Source: Botryllus schlosseri (Eukaryota). From it: a stretch of 64,000 bases of DNA. The translations under genes were made by a program, and so were the position numbers. The notes beneath the pieces were generated by a model. That model did no database searches. It was given only the letters and a program-made list of their open reading frames with translations, and was not told where the DNA came from. Within the stretch, counting starts at the first letter, position 1. Every line of letters begins with the position of its first letter. Of this stretch, positions 52,327-64,000 are shown piece after piece. The stretch is taken from assembly GCA_051294905.1 (NCBI GenBank), contig CM119371.1, forward strand, positions 19,966,001-20,030,000, given 5' to 3'.

Positions 52327-53277
52327 TATCTCACTATCACTATCTCTTTATCTTGCGCTAAGAAGCAAAAGTGAGCAGTATGATCAAGTTACAACACAGC
52401 CAGAGATATTGCCGTTTCGAGTTCACATAAGAACGCGACCTCGGGTCCGGTATCATAACAGATTACACAAATGATAACGTCGAATGCGGAATCACTATTT
52501 GAGGATATTGGCGATGAATTAGCTCGGTCGCTGGAGTAACGACTGCCCTCCTTGCTAATCATTAGGTACTCGGGCCTCTATAACGCATCCCCTGATTGGC
52601 ATGGTTTAGTATCCACGCAAATACACCTTCGCCTTTGCTATGAATTTTTCACAGATCGTTTCTGCAGATTAATGCAATTAATGTTTTGATTCAACATTCT
52701 ATCGTTCGGTATATTGATGTAGCATTTTTCTCTGTTTGGAGAGTAAAGGCCAATGTGTGCGATACAATCGCCAATGTCGGTAGCCTGGTCTAGGCTCAGG
52801 CTCGAAATCGAAAAAGTATTTCCTAATTTAATTACGTCACAAAAGTGACAAACACATATTGTCCGGGACTATGTTTTCTCGTTATTACCACATTACATCG
52901 AACATTTATTGAACGCTATACATACCTTTTTTTCTCGCTCCCGATAGTCTACCTGTCTTTTTGGCTGAATGTGTGAAAGCAGGACAAGAGATATCATAGC
53001 ACTGAAAGGCGGACAGTTGTTTCTCACGCAACGGAATTATACCAAATTCATTAATGCATCCAGCAGATTACGCATTGGACATTTCATTTAAACATGGCAA
53101 GATATCAAGCCGGGCAAGATATCAAGCCGAGTCGCCAACTTATTTGAAACGCGAAATAGCGAGAGCTCCCTCCCGCTGTGTTGTAACATGATAGCTAAAT
53201 TGGCATTCTTATTATATATCACTTCGGTATATCTACTAGCGGTTATCACCTGATAGAGGTTTTTTAACATGTATGAG

Positions 53278-54564
53278 CAGGCCGTGTTATTTTTGGCATT
53301 TCAGGAGCCAGATGCCAAAACTGCCAAAAATAACACGGCCTGCCAATAGTGTATTTCGTTCATAGTGTTGTGTTAACAGGATCGCATTACAAGCGAGAAA
53401 AGCAAATGTGAAGGGCAGGTTTCTTACTCTATGGATCCAGCCACCCATTAGAGGTGAAAGCATGGTGTCCTAAATGGCGTGCGCACAGCGAGATTGAACG
53501 GCAGACTGCATTTGGTTTACGTCATACTTTCCATTTGTCCAAAGGCAATTTAACGGCCATTTTTGACCGGCTTGCCGAGCGCTAAATTTGATAAAACGGG
53601 TATCAATGGATAGCTGCCGCTGTACCGATTACTAATTTATCAATTGTGTTCTGCTCATGGATCTGGATCCCCAAAATCAACCACGATTTTTGCATTGTGA
53701 TCGAGTTGAACCTTGTGACGCAACAAACAGTCTGGCTATTTCTGAGCTGCAGTCTCGTTTTGCCATACAGTCTTGTTGCGCTAATGTTCTTAAACAAGCT
53801 AACTTTCCCAGGACTCTTCTATGTGAGTTGGTAATATCAAAGCCATCTGACGTGACAAAATTCCTCCTAAAATATATCGGTAGACTGATGGAGATGGGAT
53901 GGTCGGGCTACAAAATAGAATGTGTTGAGAGACAACACAGGGAACTCCTGGAAAAGTATCGGGGAGAAAATTCTTTCCGCGATGAGATCGATGGCACTAG
54001 CGCAGCGATCTCTTTTCATGATGCTTGGAAGCCGGTTCGGCCCTCCGAAAATTTTGAAGCTCTGAAAACCTTTTCTGGAGGACTGGCAACATTCTTTCCC
54101 TCAACTGTTACTTTTGAAGCCGATATTTCCTAGATTCGTTGGGTGAAAAATGAATTCAGACCTGAGTTTGGAAGCACTGTTACAGTGCAAACAATTTAAG
54201 TCTATTCAAAAGCTGTAACAATCAGGTGTTGAGCGTGCTTGTTAGGCTTCTCATTATTTTTCTTATTGGCACCGATTCCGAGTGGATACTGCACATTTTG
54301 TGGTTTCGTTTGATATTATCAACCTATGTAATCGCTAGGTTTTTTTTCTTGTTATTGTTTGTTGGTACTGATTATAAGTGGATGTTGCACATTTTTTGGT
54401 CTTTTCTAATAAACTGGCCCAAATAAAGCGTTTTTATGACTAATTCGAGTCTGAAACTATCTATTTTGAGGTCGATGCCAAAACTGCCAAAAATAAAAAT
54501 TGAAAAATGCCAAAAATAAGCTATTTTTGGCAGTTTTGGCATATGCCAAAAATAACACGGCCTG
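53278..54564 (+). mobile_element. Internally deleted hAT transposon with a transposase C-terminal remnant (~53400-54218)
   Basis: 22-bp TIR CAGGCCGTGTTATTTTTGGCAT; perfect TSD TGTATGAG. The remnant reads FEALKTFSGGLATFFPSTVTFEADIS*IRWVKNEFR...SLEALLQCKQF, with a stop and a frameshift. Confidence 0.85.
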
Positions 54565-57025
54565 TGTATGAGTAATGAGTATCCACGGCAAGTACAAAAT
54601 AGTTTAGATTAGTCGAGTCATGCCAAATTTTCATGTCATCAAATATGATAGTTCGCAAAGCATTCTGAACCTTTTCGCGGTACTCAAAAATAACCACATC
54701 ATCAATATCATCATTTATTTAATGTATCGATCGCAAATAATTTAATTCTGGGTCGCCACGGCCCCATAACGATCTGGTAATATGTAGGCTATGTAATTTT
54801 TGTTTAATTTCCTGCCAACAAGTTCTTCGCGTGATATCATGGGGATAGTTTTGCCAAGGCTACTATGTTGGGTACAATAGCCAATAAGGAAGAAAATATG
54901 GCTTGATCATGATATTCCTTGCTTACATTTTTATTACACAAATTGGTTTGAATTCATGATGAGATTTGTTCGAATATTACTTTAGAAAACACCGTCTAAG
55001 ACCGTTGGATTGCTTTGTCCAGGTGCGTGCAACTATAGCCAATGCGGGACACATTAATTTCGAAGCCAACCACTTCTGCGTCGGGACACATGAGGACGAG
55101 AAGTTTTAGGCAACATACTGCTTGGAATGTGCGTTGCCAAAAAGACAAAACCTTGGCCAAAAGTTACAGTAGTTGATTTTCCTAAACTTTTGATATTGAT
55201 ATGATCGGCGGTACGAACTACGAAGGAGTCGCGCAGAGCAAAATAATTCACCCCATTTTGATGTCGCGTGCGTCAGACATGCTTCGTAGAGCTGTGTTGC
55301 GTACAATTGTTGTGAGGGCGTTCTCATATGTTATACATAACATATACTATTATAAAATTAAAACTGCATTCTCTTTTGATGTGCGAGGCTGGGGTCGTGA
55401 GATGTCACTAACACTCAAGTTGGAGCAGCGTATCAAAAGCCAGCGAGCTCTAACGTGCCTATTAATCTTAATAGCTTTGGAGCTTACTTTCCAAGCCATC
55501 ATCAGGCAGAAGCGAAAAAAACTTATGGTGTTTCCACTCCTTCGACGAACCTATGTTCCACCCCACTCCTGTATACAGTCGATAGGCGAAATTTTTCTAG
55601 TGTGACTTCATATTGACTGACCATGTGTTCACAGTTGATATGTCACTGCAAAATCCGCTAGTGGGCGCTAAAGAGTGTCTGGAATTTGAGCAGCAAAAAT
55701 ATGGTATCCCTATTACATCATTGCAACCAGCATGTATTAATCTTGCGAAACTCCATGTTGTCCAGCTATAATGGTGGCATAACGGGCCATTTCACTGCAG
55801 ATACACACACAACAACAGTGGCGCTTATCGCCTGTGTAGGCCTTGTGCGCCACGACAATGCATTTGGTACAGTTCAGTATCTTTACTTTCGGTCTTTACA
55901 CTTTTTCATGCTCGCGCACTTCCACACTTTCATACATTCATTCTTGCGTTCCTTGCGTTCACTTCGGGTCTCTGCTGCCGACTTCGGAGCTCGGCTCACT
56001 CTTCCTCTGGGCTTTTTTTTATCGATATATTAATCCTATGTTTACTCAAGCAGCACGTTTTAGAAAATACCATAGTATGGGGCACTCCCACATATTATAA
56101 GGCCTGTAGTTTAGTCGAAGAGCAATACGGAGAAGTTGTATAGCATACGGTGTAAACACTTTGCGAGATTAGTAAACATTAATAAAAAGTATGGTGGATC
56201 GTAAAAATGCCATATTGTGCAGGTTTATTTCTGGAAATTGAAGTCATTACTACACTTGCTTTTACACTTCAACAATCAACATGTATGTTATCCAGACAAA
56301 AGAACTGATATTAATTAGAACTCAAAAGTATATGATAAAGGGAATTGAAAATGAAATATACATACTACTTCTAAAAGCGGAAAATGTATTTCAGGTCTTT
56401 GGTCCAGAAAGTTTCAAAGGTGGTACGCTAAAACAGCTCTAAAACTAAAAAAGTCAGAGTCCCCTTGTCCAGATTAGGACACGCCATGGACTGCTAGATT
56501 ACGATATGATAAGTAAATGCTTTCGTGAAATCATACTGGTTACTCCGTATCCACTGAGCGCGAAGCGCGACGAAAATTCTGAGCTTTAACTCAACTTTTA
56601 TGAAAACTAAATGTTGATACTCCGTGAAAACAGCCCTGAAATTCCTCAGCCTATCTTCCTGATTATAGTATTGAACTACTTCTACTTGACAAACTGAAAA
56701 TAGCGAAAAGTAAGTAAGTAGATCACAAACTATTACGAAGTAGAAGTAGAAGTAGTGAAAATCAGATCTACTTGAGTAAGTACCAGAAGTAGAGCAAAAC
56801 TATTTGAGTACTTCGAAAAAGTAGAAGTGCTCCGTTACTGACCACCTCTGTAAATAACTGTTCTGAATCTAAATTTAGCGAGTTCTTCCTTCCATGGAAA
56901 CAGTCGCAATCGAACCGTTTGGCGCCTTTATACGAGCATTATGCAAGTAAATTCATTGATAACGTGAATTATTACATAAGGACAAATGAAGTACATGCTC
57001 CCGCTCTGTCTAGTTGTGGCGTTCA

Positions 57026-58845
57026 TCAGAGTCCATTCAAAGTCGTCTTCGTAGGGCATACAGCTCTTTCGTAGTGACACAGCTTCTGCACAACGGCCTG
57101 GAATGAATATAATTGTTGTTATTCATACCAGTGAATTCCATTCAAAGACGAATTTGGTTCGCTATGAGGACAGAATTGCAAGTAAGCATGTGCAGCGCCG
57201 TAACTGAGCCAAAACCGACACTTCATTTTTTGGAGCTCAGAATGATTACCCAAACGTGTTTCCTAATTCAAAATAGATGCAAATTGGATAGACTGATAAC
57301 CTATACGGGATTAGAGACAATACCTATACTCGGGTGAGTACTCCTGAAACTAAATCTCATTTTGAAGGAGGGTTGGTGGTAACTTGATATTGTTCATGCA
57401 CCAAAATGTTTTAAACTTGAACTCGGCTTAAACATCTTATTAAGAAACACCTTGAGTGCGTCATTTTTAGCTGCTTGCCGACAACATTTCCCCAAACTTA
57501 CCACATCGGACTCTTTCATGCATTTGCCAGAATCTCCCAACATTATGAATTGCGCTGCCGGATCTTCACCGCATATAGGGCTGTCCACGCAGGTGAGGCC
57601 TTTATTGAAGTCACACATTCCTGCAAACCCGAACATCCCGCCGCAATCTTCGTAGAGTTGCTTGGAACACACATCGCAACATCTGGAACAAATATATTGG
57701 TAATTCCTGCATCGTTTTTATGTAATAAATTCAAGTCCCACAGCGAATACTTAACAAATCGAATAAATATTGGAAATTAAAAATATTTAGGTGTCCAACA
57801 ATTACAAATTCAAATTAAGCCACAGTCCTCAAATACGAATTTCGCAAATCCAAACGCAATGCGTTGTTCAATGATCATGTTACACTTGCTGCGAATCGTG
57901 AATTGGCGTTTCAACCTTTGAGCTAATTTGCACCAGACCCATTCGCATTCTTATTTCATTTACACGTTATTCAAATTCAAAGTGTTACGTTAATTTATTT
58001 TATGACTTTTAAATTATTTTATTTCTTACTTCGACCTTGGCACCACAATTAGGGGGGATGAGGTGCGGCAGTTACGACCCTACCATTAGATAAATGCTAA
58101 TAATTATTATCGTCGTCAGCAGTGCTTTGGAGCCGGAGCCTGAAATTCGAATGGAACTAGAACAGTGGCCGGGGTCAGTTGTTCAAAAAGTAGCTCCGGA
58201 GAATTTCATAAGATGCTATGCCACTAGTGGGCCTATTGGATGAATTCACATAATTTACCAACAAACCCTCTCTTAATTCGGATTTTTTGTCTCTTTGTGC
58301 CACCTTATGAGCTAACTAAGTTGGTGGTACTAACTAACGACTGATCGATTTCATAGTTTTCACATAGGTATTTTACAGGAGCCGGAGATATAGTCGGAGT
58401 AGTGATATCAAGCAGCTCCGGAGCTGGATTTCAAGCAAATTAACCTTTGTCTGCTCAAAAGCTTTGATCATTACTCACGATAGTAAGCTTATCACTTGAT
58501 TTGTAACAATTCTTCGTACATCAACGTGCAATACAAAGGTACTTCAATATAGTGTCGGTAATTTAAGGCACTTTACAGGAAAACTGCCGTAAACAAATAT
58601 CTCGCACGAATTTGGTCACTTTTGAACTACCCTTCGACTTGCAATTTTGCGGAAGACGGCAGAATAACTAAATCGCACCGAAGAGCATTTCGAACTTACC
58701 CACATACATCTTTCACGATCGTGACTCCTTCGGGGCAGTTGGCAGGACGACAATGACTTGTTTCCCAGCAAGGTAAGCATGACAGCGCGTTTACAGTGGC
58801 TGCTCCCATGGTCCCGAGTAGAAGAAACACCAAGAAGTTATTCAT
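57026..58845 (-). CDS. Secreted single IGFBP-domain protein (~132 aa, 3 exons)
   Basis: Exons 58845-58700, 57682-57502, 57097-57026 are GT-AG and in frame. Signal peptide MNNFLVFLLLGTMGAATVNA, then LSCLPC...C...C...DVCGCCDVC...EDCGG...C...GLTC (IGFBP motif GCCxxC). The last exon is less certain. Confidence 0.85.
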
Positions 58846-59534
58846 AATTCTGTCGCTTGAAACTACTCAAGAAATCTGTATCAAAACTTTACGGTTTACG
58901 GTCGTTTCTTCTAACAGTGATTACATCTCAGTTTGAAGCAGAAGAGTGGTTAATTATCTTATAATCTAGCATGAATCACGGAATAGGCATTTCTACAGAA
59001 ATTGGTCAGCAACACTTCACAGGTGTTCCGGTTCATTGCTGTTCTTCACTGTTCGGAAAGACGACTTCGAACGGTTCCACGAAAGCATACATATCTTAAA
59101 TGGTAGTTATAATAATAGATATGAGGAGTAAACGGGTGGTAATCGAACTTTTGTGATCCCAGCAAATCTCAAATGATCAATCCTTGCACGTCGTGATTTT
59201 AACAGAGCTTTATATAACCGAAAACGACATTTAATATGCGAGTATACTCATCCGAATATATTTGAAAATGGTCATTCTGATACGTTGTGTCACATAGTAC
59301 GGTATTCTTCCAAGATACACCATGCTTGACAGATAGACATGGGTGCAGATATGTTTGCAACAATGATATGCGTAACGGATTTAACTGATGATTTAATGAT
59401 GATCGCACAAGATATATTTAAACTTTTTAGTTTAATATTGTCGCTATTCAGAAGATCGTATTTGATTACCTAACGCTGGGCAATGTTCACGTGTCTCGAG
59501 CCATATTTGCCCAGCCCGAACTATTTGTGTAAAG

Positions 59535-60760
59535 CAGTGGTTCTTAACCTTGTCTCCAGCGCCCCCAGGGGGCAATTTGGATTTTGAAGGGGGCGGAAAC
59601 GCTCGGGGGCGAAATGGGGGGAGGGGCGCTGGGATCAGTGGGCGGTATGCAGGGGGGGCGCGGAAGAAAAATGGGCTCACAATAGATGATGTGGTAAGGA
59701 CACATGATTATAAAGTCGAACAATAGTTCTATAGGCCTAAATCCATGAGTTCTCACTGCAGACTAAGTCGACAAAATTTGCCAAATCACAAAAATGTTTG
59801 TTGCGCTCATCGCGAAATATCCACCGACGATGTTTCTATGAATGTAGAAGTTTATTTCAATTCATATAAAATGAATTTGGCGTACTTTTGGATTGCCAAT
59901 TCCCCGTAAAACACTCCCATCACGCTAGCTACTCCAAATCGTCTCGACACCTTCCTATCATTTCATTGTATCGCAGTTTTGTGGTGTTTTAAAACAATGA
60001 AAAGATTATTAAACTGATGCTTATACTGATAGCTCGGGTGGTTTTCCACAAAATGTTTTAAACTAGGTATCGTATCCTGCAGCGCACTGCGTGTCGAAAT
60101 CGAAAAGGCACCGTACTGTACAACTGCATTAAAGATGTTTTGAGCGTTTTGGCCAAAATGATTCTCTAAATATACTTGTATTCGAGAGCTAAAAAATTAA
60201 ATCGTCAGAATATTTCTTCATCGTATCATAAAGGATTAAGTGCTTAGTGTTGTCCCCCAATTCATGTTGAAGTTAAGAGCTTGGTGCATTACCAAATCTA
60301 ATGTGAGCAAATCTCTACCCACATTCTAAGTTGATTTAGTAGTCACACAAAGCAATATAACAAAACCCAATACAATTAACTTTCCGGTATTGCGAATCGC
60401 AGAGGAGAATTCGGGATATGTGTATTTGTCTCAAATCAAATGTTATGAGCCCGTACGCCTAACCCGATGTTTGGTATAATAATAGGATTACCATATTTTG
60501 AAATCGGGAAAGGAGGATACAGATTCAAAATTTTCGGAATCTAAAAACATGAGTAAAATCATGAAGAAATGGTACTGGATTTGATCCCCAAAATAGCACA
60601 CACAGTTATTCCATTAATTAGTCGCGTGGTCTATTAGTGAAGTCCCAACCCGAAACCGGATTTCGACCACTTACCCATTTGCTTTTACTACAGTCCTCTA
60701 CCTCGGGGGCGCCAGAACCAGGAAATTTTTGAAAGGGGGCGCTGGAGGGAAAAAAAAAAC
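59535..60760. mobile_element. Degenerate hAT (Charlie-type) element
   Basis: Left end CAGTGGTTCTTAACCTT..CTCCAGCGCCCCC; inverted GGGGGCGCTGGAG near 60735; right terminus and TSD not seen. Confidence 0.5.
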
Positions 60761-60817
60761 ACATTTATTTAGGGGTATCTACACAGCAATCAACTAACAT
60801 TACATGAGCAAATTTTG

Positions 60818-61056
60818 AGAAAGAGAGAGCCGTGATATTCTCTTTCGCCTGCACCATCGAGACGCTTTGACGACTGAGTTGCGATACGGCCCTGAGGTCA
60901 TCTAGTCTGCGCCCCCGTTTTTCCTCCTCCATGCTATCCGTGATTGCTGATTGCCTAGCAGGATAGCTACGGATACAAATCTTTGAGTCTTTGGTATGAC
61001 CCGGCCGGGGATCGAACCCACGACCTAGCGGGCGCATAACCATTACACTATTTCGC
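60818..61056 (-). mobile_element. tRNA-derived SINE, family 2 (second copy)
   Basis: Highly similar to 52075-52326. Confidence 0.8.
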
Positions 61057-64000
61057 TCACTTGAAACCAGCTCATTAAAACTACAGGCTTGTATATTGAA
61101 TATGTAAATATATAACAAGCTTTCTTCATTTGATATTTTATATGCAGTTGAATAAAGGAAGTGAAAAGTTGCGGTACCAAAATTATGCTTCTGGTATGTT
61201 CGGTCTGACCAACTATATATATTGATTATATGGTTGTTCAACTTTGCGAGGAATACATCAGTTCGAAGCTTAATTTTGTGATTCATGTGCTCGCTGTCTA
61301 ACTGCATTTGGTCACTTAATCAAGAGTCCTATGCAATACGAAAATAGTTTTAATTGGGGTCCAATGCTGGATTTAAGGAAACGACTCAGAATATGCATTT
61401 CGTTGAGTCGACCACAATCTACATAAACGCCCACATCACTAGGCCATCAGTTCCCTTCGCATATATGTTTTTTTGGTAGAATTCCGAATTGGGACATCTA
61501 GAAGGCGGGATATCGACCTAGTGGCACGTTACACAACTGAAGGTTACTGTAGGGGTAATTCGAGGTAGCCTGCACACACAGTTAGCGCTCATCTTTCGTG
61601 AAATAACGCTTTACTGTCGCAAAGATATCAGCGATCAACTCCGGAAAAATTGCAATGTTCAAGTTATTGCCAATCTTTACTCTTCCTTGCCTTAGATGAA
61701 TGCTCTATCGCTACTCCATCCAGTAACCTATATATATATACTATTGGATGGTCTTAAATTACAACTTTACATCAATAGGGTATTTTAATAGTACCTGTAC
61801 CTACTCGTCATAGATTTCCCCAAGCCTATGAACTTATAATAGGGAGTTTCGACGAAATAGTCAATATAGGTCAGAGGCTTTGTGTTTTCTCAGCGTTTGC
61901 GTTGTAAATCAGGTGGCTAACTGATAATGACTCGGATAGAAAAAGTACCAGGAAATCATTTTCAAGTTTGCTGTTGCCTAAACAACATGGGAAGTAGTAT
62001 TCAATTCACAAGACCAATAGAATGTTGACGCATCGTGTTTCAAGAGACTGACAAGGCGGTTCAACGTGACCAGCTGACACGAAACTCAGTAATCGAGATT
62101 TAATATGGTTACGAAGTATCACAACGCTACGAAATCAAGGCGAATAACAATACGGCAAATAACATTTTCATTTATTTCATTTCAGACTAAATTCGAGACC
62201 AAGTTGCCGCAATTGGTTAATTCACCGCCAACGACACGATAATCTCGGCTGTACGACGTTTCGCATCTGTATTTTGGCTTATACTTGCCGGCTTTCATAG
62301 CATAGCATAGCATACCTTAGCATTCATACCAAAGAACGACCCCTTGAAGGACGCATACAGAGAAAGAGAACGGAAGTGTCGAAGAAAGACGCCCGTCATG
62401 GTGAGATACACCAAAGACGCTGATATGTCGGCATTACCACTACATAGCCAATATTTGTGGTAAGGGAGATAAATGTTAGATCGCTAGACGTGGTCGTTTC
62501 AACACCTTCCTATGGGATGGTACACACTTGCGCGAATGACAAAAATGCAGTGCGGATTGCAAACGCGGTGCGAATGAGTGCGGATGAAAATGGTGTATAT
62601 TTCTACCTTGGGTGACGTGGGATAACTCAAATATACCTAATATGACATTGGGTACAGTGGCTCTCCCATTTTGGTCAGTGCATAGAATGTGTAAAAACTT
62701 GTTGGACGACGCATAGCTTTTACTTTAATTTTCTGTAGCACTATAGTCGGATTGAATTAATATTTGCGAACTATTAATATTAGGTAATAAAAAGTCTCAC
62801 CATCGCAGCATTAGAATCTCGAGTAGAAAACCTCACAACCTAATATTTGGCTTAAGTGCACTATAGTTGACATAATAACGAGGAAAGGAGTTGTCTTCTT
62901 AATTAGACACATGCTGACTCAATATTGGAAGATTTTGAACAAAAACTTACGCCAAACTGGCCGTAAATTGCGGGAAATGTTTAAACGTATTGAACATTTT
63001 ATTAAGAAAGCGTTACCTCTCCTAATTTTATTTTAATGTAATAATTTTCCGGAGGTATGTGCGGATGAAATTTTGCGGCAGGTTCTCGAAAATGTTGAAA
63101 AACACGGTTGTATTGTAAGCATGCGTTATAGCCAATATTCCCTTTAATTTTTCTAGAGTTTGTGAGCACTCACCTACTCACTGCGCGGTTCCTCGGGCAA
63201 CAGTGCGCAACTTAGATTTTCAGTGTGCAGAAACCGTGCCAGCACTGCGCAATTGCGCACGTTATAGCTGCAGCGAGACCGGTGAAACCGCGAGACCCAA
63301 CACCGAAAATATATATAATATATATTTTAGCTAAAGGCTCATTTCCATACTTCAGTTCAGAGCATATATATTTGAAAAGCTTTATGAAAATGAAATTTAC
63401 TATAGGTTGTGTCTGGGCACCAGTAGATTATGAGAAAAATTAATATTCTTAGTGTAGCATTCGCAGAACATAGTCTTCAAACTATCTATATTGCGTCGTC
63501 ACGAAAATTGGAGATGCTATTTTACTCTTGAGGGCCGATACCGATAATTCCTTCCAAGTTTGATATCGACGCGATATAATCGGCGAGCAGATAATCAAGT
63601 GGGCGATAGTTGGGACTCTGAATATGATGCGATTGGATATTATTTTTCAGGCCATTGCAGGATTAAAACTGTGGAGTCCTACACCCTTGCAATTCCGGTT
63701 AAGTTGGGTAAGCGAACTTTTCATGCTCTACACTAGTGGTTGTTAAATTTTTTTGACTACGACCGAAATCTAAGTTTAGTGGCATCCCGCTCATAGACGA
63801 AATAGAATGTTAATATGTTATGCTTTGCGGAAGGGGCGGGCAACATACGGCCCGAGGCAGGTAGATTTAATTCCCACGGAACAGCTCCTTACAAAATCCA
63901 ATACCATATTCCTGACCGAATACTACTAGGATTTCATGTATACGTTCAAGTGGTACTTTCAGTTCGAGGCTGGTTTTATAAATAAACAAGGCGGTCGTAA

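Noticed and set aside
60765..61307. 180-aa minus-strand ORF
   Set aside because: Runs through a SINE copy; no domain motifs.

Overview
AT-rich eukaryotic (invertebrate animal-like) DNA dominated by nested transposable elements; GT-AG introns are present and there is no prokaryotic gene organisation. Main contents: (1) Two PIF/Harbinger transposons. The one at 37854-42289 looks complete, with a TAA TSD, a 7-exon DDE transposase and a convergent Myb/SANT gene. The one at 25657-30849 has a TTA TSD, an N-terminally deleted nuclease and a 5-exon MADF/BESS-like gene; it lies inside the 3' LTR of a small non-autonomous LTR element, which lies inside a hAT MITE. (2) Several Penelope-like (GIY-YIG) retroelement fragments carrying minimal hammerhead ribozymes, including a variant with a compensatory U3-A8 core and inverted-pLTR palindromes. 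(3) About a dozen hAT-type MITEs with 8-bp TSDs, each family with its own subterminal short-repeat motif, plus a TA-flanked foldback element and two tRNA-derived SINE families. (4) Decayed THAP, DUF4806-like and hAT transposase remnants. (5) One convincing host gene, a 3-exon secreted single-IGFBP-domain protein (57026-58845, minus), and a probable C-type-lectin-like pseudo-exon. All exon models were assembled by eye and need transcript support.
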